64,000 nt of DNA, from the IMG/VR virus record IMGVR_UViG_3300006923_003182, positions 1 to 64,000 of that record; one strand, written 5' to 3'. Position numbers and translations under genes: made by a program. This document shows, in pieces, positions 1 to 8,232 of this stretch. The notes under the pieces are model-generated. The model saw only the letters and a list, made by a program, of their open reading frames with translations, made no database searches and was not told the DNA's origin. Position 1 is the first letter of the stretch. Each line of letters begins with the position of its first letter. The stretch comes from an uncultured virus (IMG/VR IMGVR_UViG_3300006923_003182). Lineage: Duplodnaviria > Heunggongvirae > Uroviricota > Caudoviricetes.

Positions 1-936
1 AAAACGATCGTATTCTGTCTGGTTTGTGTGGGCTAATAAAAATTCATCTGCATAAATTAATGGAAATCTTCCAGTTTTAATATTCTTTTCTTGTGCCAAT
101 GTTAGCAGAACATAGAGGAATTTCTGATCGACCTTGAGCATTTCGACGAACTCCATCATCCCGCGATTTGCTATATTTAACTCCCCATCAAATCTGTACG
201 CTCTAGGATCAGATTCTGCTCCATATTCCCCAATCTTGCTAAGATCCATGGAGCCAACTAATTCTGAAATATCTTGGCTCTTTTTATCTGACGGCACGAA
301 GGTTCCAATTCCAGTTCTAGACTGCTCTGATAGTATCACTCTCTTTACTGGGAGGTCTAGAAAGTTCCCATCGTATTTATCTCGAAGGATAAGACCCATA
401 AGAGGGCTTAGCTGCCCACGGATTAGGATGCCGTGCTCCTCCTTGAACTGGCCCCTTAGGCTTTCGGGAATTGCGCATAACGGGTCCTCCTGCATTGGGG
501 AGTCTGAGAGTCCGTATAGGGCGCCCTCGTCTATTCTGGAAAATGCCTCCATTCCTCTTTTTAGCGAAATGGCCAACTGAGACTTACCACTAGAAGTTGG
601 TCCAAACATTAAAAGTATTCTTCGAGAAACTTCACTGCCAGTAGCTGCGGCCCGAAGGTAGGACATGATTTCTTCTATTGATTCGTCAATACCAAATAAA
701 TCATTTTCAAAGAATTTATAATTTGTTATATTGCCATCCTCGTCTCTGTCAATTCCGGCGTGTTCGATCATCTTTAGGGCCCGCTCGTGAGCACCCATAT
801 GAATCGAGGGATTCGTGATTACCATCTCGATATAATCTTTGAGAGTGCCCTTCCACAAGGACTCTTCGCCGGCCTCAATGTGCTCGCCTAGCGCGTCTAA
901 AATTGAAAGATTTTTCTTTGAAGTCTTTTTTGGCAT
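1..936 (-). CDS. prkA: PrkA/YeaG-family AAA+ serine kinase (3' end runs off the window)
   Basis: Not in the ORF track; translated by hand from ATG 936 (AGGAG upstream): MPKKTSKK...FFENDLFGIDESIEEIMSYLRAAATGSEVSRRILLMFGPTSSGKS (Walker A)...GELNIANRGMMEFVEMLK...LIYADEFLLAHTNQTEY, typical PrkA motifs. Confidence 0.9.
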   Translation of the reverse strand, partial: MPKKTSKKNLSILDALGEHIEAGEESLWKGTLKDYIEMVITNPSIHMGAHERALKMIEHAGIDRDEDGNITNYKFFENDLFGIDESIEEIMSYLRAAATGSEVSRRILLMFGPTSSGKSQLAISLKRGMEAFSRIDEGALYGLSDSPMQEDPLCAIPESLRGQFKEEHGILIRGQLSPLMGLILRDKYDGNFLDLPVKRVILSEQSRTGIGTFVPSDKKSQDISELVGSMDLSKIGEYGAESDPRAYRFDGELNIANRGMMEFVEMLKVDQKFLYVLLTLAQEKNIKTGRFPLIYADEFLLAHTNQTEYDRF

Positions 937-952
937 TCTACTTTTCTCCTGC

Positions 953-1240
953 TTATTTTTCTTCACCAAAGATGTCACGAATAGCTCTCTGGTCACCTTC
1001 TCTTATTTTATTAGTAATAACCCTGGCCTCTTCTTTTGCTTTTTCAACTATTTCTTCTTTTCTTCTTTCTATCTTACCGAAGGGGGCCGAGACTTTTCTG
1101 ATCAAAGTTTTATTTTGACATTCATCGCATAAAAGATCTTCAAAATGATTATTACAAATTAGTTGTTTATATTTTAAAATTCCATAATTAAAATTATGCT
1201 GAGTCAAGCATTTGGTACATTCAAATGTATATTTTGGCAT
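953..1240 (-). CDS. FmdB-like zinc-ribbon protein
   Basis: MPKYTFECTKC...CDEC two CxxC pairs with MPxYxF start. Confidence 0.7.
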   Translation of the reverse strand: MPKYTFECTKCLTQHNFNYGILKYKQLICNNHFEDLLCDECQNKTLIRKVSAPFGKIERRKEEIVEKAKEEARVITNKIREGDQRAIRDIFGEEK

Positions 1241-1425
1241 TATGCCTCCGAGGTTTCTTTATAAAAGAGCAAATCATTTTTAAATTCTATATTTCCAGAT
1301 AGAGACAGATCTCTTAGTAATTTTTTTTTGAACTTTTCATCAGTTATTACTACGCTTATTTCCAAATCATTAGTTTTTGTGTCATATTTAATATTTTTAA
1401 TCTTTCCAACCTTTTTTTCTTTCAT
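1240..1425 (-). CDS. hypothetical protein
   Basis: 61-aa ORF overlapping both neighbours at stop/start. Confidence 0.6.
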   Translation of the reverse strand: MKEKKVGKIKNIKYDTKTNDLEISVVITDEKFKKKLLRDLSLSGNIEFKNDLLFYKETSEA

Positions 1426-1772
1426 TCCATCCCCAGTGCGGCGAGCGCCTCTAGTATATGTGGATTAGACTGATTCGCCATAAACAGCAATAGGCTCTTA
1501 TCTAATTTTTCATATTCACAAATCATATATGACGGTATGTCAATTGCCGGAATCGCCTCGGGCCGGTCCGGACTGCCCATATATTTGTCAAGAGGAATGG
1601 CTCTAATATACTTATCGCTTCGGCCAACTTTTACGATCAAATATGTTCGATCTTTTTCGAAGATAGTGCTGATCTTGACTATATCTTTTGAGCGGAGATT
1701 ATTTATATCTGATGGCTTAAATTGCATTTTCATCTCCCGGATCCTCAACCCAGTCATCCGGGAAATCTTCAA
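1422..1772 (-). CDS. hypothetical protein (real start may be a downstream ATG near 1727-1733)
   Basis: ORF track; GGAG precedes ATG AAA ATG near the dnaB stop. Confidence 0.55.
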   Translation of the reverse strand: MKISRMTGLRIREMKMQFKPSDINNLRSKDIVKISTIFEKDRTYLIVKVGRSDKYIRAIPLDKYMGSPDRPEAIPAIDIPSYMICEYEKLDKSLLLFMANQSNPHILEALAALGME

Positions 1773-3084
1773 TTCTAGACTTTGCGAAAACTTTTCTTAG
1801 CGAGACGGTCCCCTTTGGGCCGTCTCTATTTTTTACAATATGTATTTGCATATCTTCTCGTAACTGCTCGTCTTCTCTGTTCCCAATTATGAACGCAATG
1901 GCTGCATTATCTCCAATCATTTTGCTTCGGCCAAAATCCTCAAGGCTAACATTGTCTTCTTGTTTTCCGTTCTTTTTTCTTCCCGCGGCCTTTCTTTGCG
2001 CTGCGGTTATAACCGGAATGTCTTTTTTTCTGCAAAACTCATGCATCTCTTCGGACACCTTTCCGACGTCGAGCCAGTCGGATCCAGCGGTTCCAAGGAC
2101 TGGCTTCATTAGTTGCAGGTAATCGATAAAGATTGCATCCGGCCTAAATATTCCCATAATACTTTCAAACTTTGCTTCGATCTCTCCCATGGTAGAGCCG
2201 CGTGGCAAATCGAGTATATAAAATATTTTATCATAGTTTTTTTGAAACTTAAGACCCTTTTTCCATCGTTTCTTTTCGCCATCTTTTAGCCGCCCGCGCA
2301 TAACTCCGCGGTGGGATACTTGCGCTATATTCGCATCAAGCCTCTGCTCTAGCTGCTTTTTGCTCATCTCGAGTGATACATATAAAATATTTTTTCCATC
2401 ATTAGATGTAATATCGCCAGTTTCCGGAGAATTTGTTCCCCTCCATGCATTTATGGCCATATTCATCATCAATAATGACTTGCCCGATGAGCTTGCTCCG
2501 CCGATCACCAACATCTCTGAGTTCTTAATCCCCCAGGTATATTCATCTAGCGCAGGATATCCTGATAAAAAGCCGCGTATTTCTTCTGGGTTTTCCGCCG
2601 TATATTCATAATCTCTAATTCGGTCCTCAACCGACATTGAAACCATTCCCTCTGAAAATACATCGTTTTTGTACAGCTTCTCAGTCTGCGAAAGTACTTT
2701 TTTCAAGCCCTCATTGAAATCCTCAACCGACTCCTCCCCCCTCTCTACATCCTCTGCGACCCCTCCTACTTTGCTAATTAGAAATTTATTATAGCGCTCT
2801 TTTATTTTATCTAAAAAATATCCGACTTCATTTGCGGCACATGACTCTTCTTCTATAAATCTTGCGATCTCTGAGTCCTCTCCCTCTTCCTCGAGCAAGG
2901 AATATAGGACATCAAAAGATGGCGGAATCTTGTGCCGAGAATAATATTTATACATTGCAGCCTCTGCCGGCTTCATGGTCGGAAGAACAACTTTGTTTAA
3001 AAGATCATGCTCTATCTCTCTATAGATCCCATTTAGCTCGATTGAGCCTTTTAGCATCCAGTTTATAATCTTAGCATCTATCAT
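1717..3084 (-). CDS. dnaB: DnaB-like replicative helicase
   Basis: GGASSSGKS Walker A, YVSLEMS, IFIDYLQLM, KNRDGP motifs. Confidence 0.92.
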   Translation of the reverse strand: MIDAKIINWMLKGSIELNGIYREIEHDLLNKVVLPTMKPAEAAMYKYYSRHKIPPSFDVLYSLLEEEGEDSEIARFIEEESCAANEVGYFLDKIKERYNKFLISKVGGVAEDVERGEESVEDFNEGLKKVLSQTEKLYKNDVFSEGMVSMSVEDRIRDYEYTAENPEEIRGFLSGYPALDEYTWGIKNSEMLVIGGASSSGKSLLMMNMAINAWRGTNSPETGDITSNDGKNILYVSLEMSKKQLEQRLDANIAQVSHRGVMRGRLKDGEKKRWKKGLKFQKNYDKIFYILDLPRGSTMGEIEAKFESIMGIFRPDAIFIDYLQLMKPVLGTAGSDWLDVGKVSEEMHEFCRKKDIPVITAAQRKAAGRKKNGKQEDNVSLEDFGRSKMIGDNAAIAFIIGNREDEQLREDMQIHIVKNRDGPKGTVSLRKVFAKSRIEDFPDDWVEDPGDENAI

Positions 3085-3749
3085 TTAGCTCTCTTTCTGA
3101 AGTCCGATCCGGAAACTACATATTCTTTTAAAAATTTTGAAAACAAAGACTCGGTAGACCTGGAAAAGCTACCGGCCAATACGTCCTTGAGTGACGGGGT
3201 ATTTGAGCAAATTATCGTCGGCATCTTATTTTGGAACCTATGCCGAAGAACCCTCTCCATAGTTTGTCCGAACAGGAGTTCGGCCTTTTCGGACGGATAG
3301 ACCCATCGGGAATCATACTCGTCGATTACTATAAAATCCGTCGATGTTATCTTGGAAAAAAAATTTCGGTCTTCGATTGAGTCTTGGATCATATCGCTCA
3401 TATTATAGTACCCAGCCGAGTAGCCTTTTGTGATTGCTATTTTCAAAAAACACGCTGCCATATACGTCTTGCCGGTACCTAGCGGGCCAATAAACCCAAA
3501 GGACTCTCCGTCATCGTACATTTTATCTATATTCGTTATCTTCGGCTCCATTGCCGACTTGAACCTCCTATCTCCGGCGAAGTCTTTGAATGAATGCTTC
3601 CAATATTCGAGTGGAATTTCGGCGCTGGTGTATCTATCAACCCTAGAGAATTTCTTTGAGCACTGGTTGCAGGTATTTTCTCCGCACTTATCACATTCAT
3701 TTTTTATCAACAATTTTTCTCTATCTAATTTACTCTTTGGGATCATCAT
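3081..3749 (-). CDS. DnaC/IstB-like AAA+ helicase loader
   Basis: N-terminal CxxC/CxxC, GPLGTGKT Walker A, IVIDE Walker B, RFQNKMPTIICSN; adjacent to dnaB. Confidence 0.85.
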   Translation of the reverse strand: MMIPKSKLDREKLLIKNECDKCGENTCNQCSKKFSRVDRYTSAEIPLEYWKHSFKDFAGDRRFKSAMEPKITNIDKMYDDGESFGFIGPLGTGKTYMAACFLKIAITKGYSAGYYNMSDMIQDSIEDRNFFSKITSTDFIVIDEYDSRWVYPSEKAELLFGQTMERVLRHRFQNKMPTIICSNTPSLKDVLAGSFSRSTESLFSKFLKEYVVSGSDFRKRAK

Positions 3750-4149
3750 CGCCCTCTATGACAAAGTTCATGCCACTAAGGCCTCCTTTTGCGTCCGGCT
3801 CTCCCCCGAAAAATGCAGAAAAATTATTATCTTCACCATCATCAATGTGGTTAAGCATCGATTTTGGAATCGACATTGCGCTTTCATCATAATGCAATCT
3901 ATTTTCTGGAAAAGAAGTATCAGCTGCCTTTGCTGGCTCTCCCTCTTCGGGTCCAAGGTGCTGAATTGGAGCCGATGCCCCCTTTTCGAGTATGCTCATC
4001 GCTGAGACCTTGCTTTTAAATATCAAGTATAATTGTCCATCGGACCTCACCACTAGGTTTTCATCGCTTGTCGACTCAACGATCCCCGTTAGGGTCCATC
4101 CTCCGTCTAAAAACAGCGCGGCTGTTAGTCCTTCTAATTTGTGCTTCAT
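3730..4149 (-). CDS. Hfq/Sm-like fold protein with acidic tail
   Basis: LFLDGGWTLTGIVES...LVVRSDGQLYLIFKSKVSAM resembles Hfq Sm1/Sm2 motifs. Confidence 0.5.
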   Translation of the reverse strand: MKHKLEGLTAALFLDGGWTLTGIVESTSDENLVVRSDGQLYLIFKSKVSAMSILEKGASAPIQHLGPEEGEPAKAADTSFPENRLHYDESAMSIPKSMLNHIDDGEDNNFSAFFGGEPDAKGGLSGMNFVIEGDDDPKE

Positions 4150-4748
4150 TGTATTAACCCAAGTTGTTTCGCTCTACCTATAAGGGCAGCTTCTGGCTCA
4201 TGGGGCGAAAGCGAATATGTTTCTATATATCTTTTTATAATCTCTAAGTCATCAGTGGTTTCAATTTGGTGCTCGGATGCTAGGCTGGGATGAGTTTCCT
4301 TGCACCATTCGGCTAATATTTTGAATTTATTCTTTTCATTATGCTTTTTTAGCATTGAATCATACATCCTTTCAAATTCATTGATCATTGATGGCATTAA
4401 AAACAATCCAGTACCAGTAACGGATTTTTCACCACTTCTAAACTTATAATTAAACATCCATGATATATAATTTGAAATTTTTACCGTCAAATCGAGCTTT
4501 GTCTTTTTTCTTTCCTCATCGCCCAATTCATCATAATTTTCTGGGGCCAAAGTTTTAAATAATTTTGCGAAGTCACGGCTCTCCTTTCCAAGGCCTGGGC
4601 TCCCATTCCACCTGACCAGCCTAAAGTTTACGCCATTTTTATTTCGATACTCATGGCAAAATAGTGCCATAAGAGTGATGTGATTCCATGATTTTTTTGG
4701 CTTTGATATCCACTTTGGTATATTCTCATAAAATTCTTCTTGAGTCAT
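4146..4748 (-). CDS. hypothetical protein in replication block
   Basis: 200-aa ORF with ATGA overlaps; no recognised motif. Confidence 0.7.
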   Translation of the reverse strand: MTQEEFYENIPKWISKPKKSWNHITLMALFCHEYRNKNGVNFRLVRWNGSPGLGKESRDFAKLFKTLAPENYDELGDEERKKTKLDLTVKISNYISWMFNYKFRSGEKSVTGTGLFLMPSMINEFERMYDSMLKKHNEKNKFKILAEWCKETHPSLASEHQIETTDDLEIIKRYIETYSLSPHEPEAALIGRAKQLGLIQ

Positions 4749-5314
4749 TTGGAGTCCTCGTCTGGATTGAATACTGAAAAACTAACCCTGCCGTCGTCGA
4801 CCGCTCGTCGGATCGCCCGCTGCACCTTGCTTAGCGAGCTTCCTCCGGTCTTTACGTCAAGGAATATAATCTGCTCTATATCTTGCGCAACACCTTCTCG
4901 AACTCGGGCCAGTCCGTCAAAAACTACAAAATCGATGGGCGCGGCAAAGAATCTAAAATCCTTTGGGTCCAGGCCGGTCTCCATTGCGAATGGAGCGAAA
5001 TGTTCTGCCGTCTGCCCGCGAGTTATCGATTTAGATTTTTCTACTGCATCTTTTCTGATGTGCCGCTCTCTGATTTGCATCCAGTTTTCATACTCTGACT
5101 TAATTCTCTCCTCCAGCCTTCTCATCTCCAACTTGTGGCGATCAGAGATAACGCCAAGCTCTGTCTTTAGGGCCATATTTTGCATCTCTACGCCATTAGG
5201 CAGAGGCTTCGGCCTTGACAAGTAGAGAGACCCCAAGAGTGCTCCTATAAATATTATCAGGGCAAAAATCATAACATATTCCATAAAAATCTCCGGATGC
5301 ATATATGGTACCAA
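4745..5314 (-). CDS. Holliday-junction-resolvase-like PD-(D/E)xK endonuclease with N-terminal TM helix
   Basis: RGQTAEHFAPF, FRFFAAPIDFVVFDG, FLDVKTG, LSKVQRAIR motifs; hydrophobic N-terminus; start uncertain. Confidence 0.8.
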   Translation of the reverse strand: MVPYMHPEIFMEYVMIFALIIFIGALLGSLYLSRPKPLPNGVEMQNMALKTELGVISDRHKLEMRRLEERIKSEYENWMQIRERHIRKDAVEKSKSITRGQTAEHFAPFAMETGLDPKDFRFFAAPIDFVVFDGLARVREGVAQDIEQIIFLDVKTGGSSLSKVQRAIRRAVDDGRVSFSVFNPDEDSK

Positions 5315-5353
5315 TGCGGACAGAACATGTCTAAAAAAACTAATTAAAACTTT

Positions 5354-6892
5354 TCAGGTCCACTCGATTATCTTCCTATCTGGGTACTTCTTTAGTGGGA
5401 TGTTTCTAGACATTATTATTTTGAATCCCGGTTCGCTCTGATAAACTTTTATTCGAGCCTCAGAGTGATCTCTTAGATACTTGCAGTTATCAAAAAACTC
5501 TACGACAATGGCCTTCTTTTTCCCCTTGTTTTTTCTGATAACCCTGCCAATTCTCTGAAGTGCTCTTCCGCTGGACTTGCCCGAGCCGGCAAGAATTAAC
5601 GCATCAAGACTGGGGATGTCGACGCCCTGATCAAAAATCTTTGAGGCGATTAGCAAGTCCAGGTTTCCATCTTTCATCTTCTGAATGGCCTCCATTCTAT
5701 TCTTCGTGCTTCGAGCGCCGTCCAAAAACTCAACCCTATACTCATCTTGCAGCCTTTCCATAAGAAGCTTGCCATGGGCAACTCTAACTACAAGAATTAG
5801 AACTTTTCTTCCGCCATCTATTAGCCTTCTCGCGGCCTTTATGATGAGATCGTTTCGCTCCTCGTTCTCTACGATATAATTTTTATACACTTCGTGATAT
5901 GTCTTGCCAACCTTTCGCATGGTTGGGACGTTTAAAAAATGTATATCCGGAGGAACCAAGTACTCCTCCCTGATTAGCTTTGTGGCACTGATGTCAACAA
6001 TTTTTGGGCCAGCCACAGCCTCGATTAGAAGATCATCCCCGCCATCCCGCCATGGCGTTCCAGAGAGCAAGAACCTGTGTCGAGCAGATGTCGAGGCTTT
6101 GTGCAAGAACTGCAAAGTCTCAGATGCCGCATATTGGCACTCGTCAAAAATAAACAATTGAGCATTCTCAACCGCCGCCCTAACGCTTTCCTTGTTAAGG
6201 GCTTTGATATGTTTTTTTGAATCTTGAGTTGTATCATTATCTATCGTCTTAACTTTTTTGTTAAATGCAGCAGCAGCAGACCAGATTGTCATTATCGTGA
6301 TGTCTTTTGACACATCACATTCTCCGCCTCCGACGATTCCGCAGTCTATCCCATAGGCGTCTTTCATTGTATCTTTCATTTGATATAATAATTCAATCCC
6401 AATAACATAGATTACAGTTGGTATATTGTAATGCGCAGCGATAGAGCAGAGCATAAATGCCTTCCCCGAGCCTGTAGCTGACTTTATTATTCCGCCTCCG
6501 GACTTTATGGATGATCTTAGCGCCTTCTGCTGATAGTCTCTCGGCTCAAATGCCTCCGGGAGCATCTGGATTGGCTCGCCATACTTTGGAACTGGGCGAT
6601 TATCGATTATTTCATACGTCAATTTGTTTTCATCTAAAATTTTTGTCACTATCTTTAGTAGGCCTATATGGCATTTCCCATATTTTGTCATGAGTCGGAC
6701 TTGCCCATCCCAGCCGCCCTGGCTCCCTCTCGCTCCGAACCCTCCGCGACCGCCCTGCATATATTTGTACCCAGGATGCTCGTAGCTAGTCGCCTCATCT
6801 ATGATCTTCGTAACCTCCTGTGGAATGAATCCGCTTATTTTGCAGTTAACATTATCCAGAGAAATAGAAATTATATCGTCTTCACTGCTCAC
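5354..6892 (-). CDS. Superfamily 2 helicase (UvsW/XPB-like)
   Basis: ATGSGKA, FDECQ, SGT, QGVDIP, QRIGRVIR. Confidence 0.9.
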   Translation of the reverse strand: MSSEDDIISISLDNVNCKISGFIPQEVTKIIDEATSYEHPGYKYMQGGRGGFGARGSQGGWDGQVRLMTKYGKCHIGLLKIVTKILDENKLTYEIIDNRPVPKYGEPIQMLPEAFEPRDYQQKALRSSIKSGGGIIKSATGSGKAFMLCSIAAHYNIPTVIYVIGIELLYQMKDTMKDAYGIDCGIVGGGECDVSKDITIMTIWSAAAAFNKKVKTIDNDTTQDSKKHIKALNKESVRAAVENAQLFIFDECQYAASETLQFLHKASTSARHRFLLSGTPWRDGGDDLLIEAVAGPKIVDISATKLIREEYLVPPDIHFLNVPTMRKVGKTYHEVYKNYIVENEERNDLIIKAARRLIDGGRKVLILVVRVAHGKLLMERLQDEYRVEFLDGARSTKNRMEAIQKMKDGNLDLLIASKIFDQGVDIPSLDALILAGSGKSSGRALQRIGRVIRKNKGKKKAIVVEFFDNCKYLRDHSEARIKVYQSEPGFKIIMSRNIPLKKYPDRKIIEWT

Positions 6893-7296
6893 TGCTCACT
6901 TTTCCTTTCCCTCTTATTCCATCGGCCTCGTTCTGAAAATTTTTCAATTCCATGTGGTACCGGTTCGCCGAACTCATCTAGCGCTACAAAAATAATTTTA
7001 TCAATCGTAATGAGAGACTTCTTGTCCCTCTTGTTCCTAACCAACACCTTGAGTGTTATCGATGTCGTCCCGAATTCTACAATTTCTGTTCCAAACTCAA
7101 TAACATCACCAGATTTTGCAGAATTTAAAAAATTAATTTCAGACATATGAACGGTAACTACATTTCTTGTGCCTAGTTGACAAAATACAAAAATGCTTGC
7201 TTCTTCGTCAATTAGCGATAAAAGCCTTCCGCCAAAGAGGGTGCCCCTTGGGTTTAAATCTTGTGGCTTTACAAGATAACGGCTTCTAAATTTCAC
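6889..7296 (-). CDS. Hotdog-fold acyl-CoA thioesterase (YciA-like)
   Basis: VKPQDLNPRGTLFGGRLLSLIDEEA; start moved to GTG 7296, which overlaps the amidase TGA. Confidence 0.85.
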   Translation of the reverse strand: MKFRSRYLVKPQDLNPRGTLFGGRLLSLIDEEASIFVFCQLGTRNVVTVHMSEINFLNSAKSGDVIEFGTEIVEFGTTSITLKVLVRNKRDKKSLITIDKIIFVALDEFGEPVPHGIEKFSERGRWNKRERKSEQ

Positions 7297-8228
7297 TTTA
7301 TCTTTCCAGCCTCTTTGCATAAGGTTGCAATATCTAGGCCGGCGCAATCGATTTTCTTTTTAGTTAAGTGATAATGACTCACAAACCCACTAAAACTACA
7401 GGCTACGGCACTGGGAGAGACTCCGGAGACGCCCAGTCCGCCATCATCAGTTGGCGACACAAGGGGGATTTCAATTCCGTTACTAATGGCCGCCCACAAA
7501 GCCTTTAGAGCTCTTATCTGCACGTCATAAAAGCCCAAGTGAGAAGACAGCTTCTTTCCTCTTACTATTGCGTTCGTAACTACGGGCCTTTTGCCAAATC
7601 CATTATCAACGTACCAATCTTGATATTTTTCATAATAAGCATTTGAAATCTCAACGCCAATGGAGCTGTGATTCCATTTCGCGCCGCCGGCGTGCCACGC
7701 TCCATGCTGAGTATCTAGCAACTGATATATTGTTCCATCATTATCTATACAAAAATGTACTGATATTCCTCTGTTATTAAGAACGCTGGCACAAGACGCC
7801 GAAGACAAGCAAACATCCCAATGATTTACAAACATAGTTGGCTTCCGGTCTTCCTTTCCTGAATAATCATAATAATTTCCAGAGCCCGCCTTAAGTCCAC
7901 CGGACTCATCCCACAAGACCACCTTATGCCATCTTATGGGCAGTGGCTTGCCGTTGTGAATTATATATTTTTCGTCACTACAGGCCTCGAGACCACTGGG
8001 CGCCGAGGTATCAGCGCTCGGCAAGTGGCTTGAGATATTCGCTTGGCGCTCAGTCCATATTCTTCTATATGTGGACGGACCCACTAATCCATCTGATTTT
8101 ATCTTATTCTTTTTTTGCCACTTCTTTACTGCATCAACCAGATCGTCGTCAAAATTGACAACTCCAAACCAGGTTGGATCCCATGATAATTTTTCGGCAC
8201 TTGCAGAGTTATAAAAGTTTTTATCCAT
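7293..8228 (-). CDS. N-acetylmuramoyl-L-alanine amidase with peptidoglycan-binding domain (putative endolysin)
   Basis: AVKKWQKK...DGLVGPST PG-binding motif; HWD, SVHFCIDNDGTIYQ, AWHAG, SIGVEI, H...KIDC amidase_2 motifs. Confidence 0.88.
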   Translation of the reverse strand: MDKNFYNSASAEKLSWDPTWFGVVNFDDDLVDAVKKWQKKNKIKSDGLVGPSTYRRIWTERQANISSHLPSADTSAPSGLEACSDEKYIIHNGKPLPIRWHKVVLWDESGGLKAGSGNYYDYSGKEDRKPTMFVNHWDVCLSSASCASVLNNRGISVHFCIDNDGTIYQLLDTQHGAWHAGGAKWNHSSIGVEISNAYYEKYQDWYVDNGFGKRPVVTNAIVRGKKLSSHLGFYDVQIRALKALWAAISNGIEIPLVSPTDDGGLGVSGVSPSAVACSFSGFVSHYHLTKKKIDCAGLDIATLCKEAGKIK

Positions 8229-8232
8229 AACA

